Origin: a virus | DNA length: 64,000 nucleotides | IMG/VR virus record: IMGVR_UViG_3300025012_000003 | Direction: 5' to 3' (one strand) | In this document: piece after piece, positions 63,856-64,000 of the stretch | Position numbering within the stretch: position 1 is the stretch's first letter | How the letters are laid out: each line of letters starts with the position of its first letter | Notes under the pieces: generated by a model | What the model was told of the DNA's origin: nothing | The model's input: the letters and a program-made list of their open reading frames with translations, nothing else | The model's database searches: none | Position numbers and translations under genes: made by a program

Positions 63856-64000
63856 ATTTATTTACCACAAAGTACTTTAGCGGTAGTGTAAGCTGTTGTA
63901 TCTGGAGGAATTGCTTTCCAATTAGTCTTAAAATCTAGGAAAGCATCCTTATTTCCCATATAATCAAATCCTTGTCCTATTTCATTATTTTTAGAGTCAT

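Noticed and set aside
1-64000. Stop-codon reassignment
   Set aside because: Known genes are full length under the standard code, all three stops end genes, and the tRNA-Trp anticodon is CCA.

Overview
AT-rich segment of a large tailed phage genome. Almost all genes lie on the minus strand in dense operons; only two plus-strand genes look real. TAA, TAG and TGA all act as stops. Recognisable genes: thymidine kinase, three RNA ligases (Rnl1-type, Rnl2/DRB0094-type, RtcB), GIY-YIG and HNH nucleases, amidohydrolase, trypsin-like protease, nucleotidyltransferase, metallophosphoesterase, Mom-like modifier, ABC-ATPase/GNAT fusion, Pth2, AdoMet decarboxylase, ferredoxin, GroES, a type IV pilin, two Kelch-like propeller proteins and tRNA-Trp. 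Main observation: about 50 otherwise unrelated small proteins end in the same C-terminal peptide, M-x-E-L-(V/I/T)-x(0-3)-stop, encoded by varied synonymous codons. About 15 other proteins instead share an N-terminal M(F/S)xK(K/R)I..(L/I)..E motif. The two classes tend to follow different promoter types (sigma70-like versus T4-late-like). This suggests a two-tag protein sorting system; the C-terminal tag is not one I recognise. Also present: a promoter/terminator-bounded structured RNA of about 230 nt, a standalone ClpX-type zinc finger, and terminator hairpins fused to -35 boxes. All functional calls come from motif recognition by eye; no database search was run.
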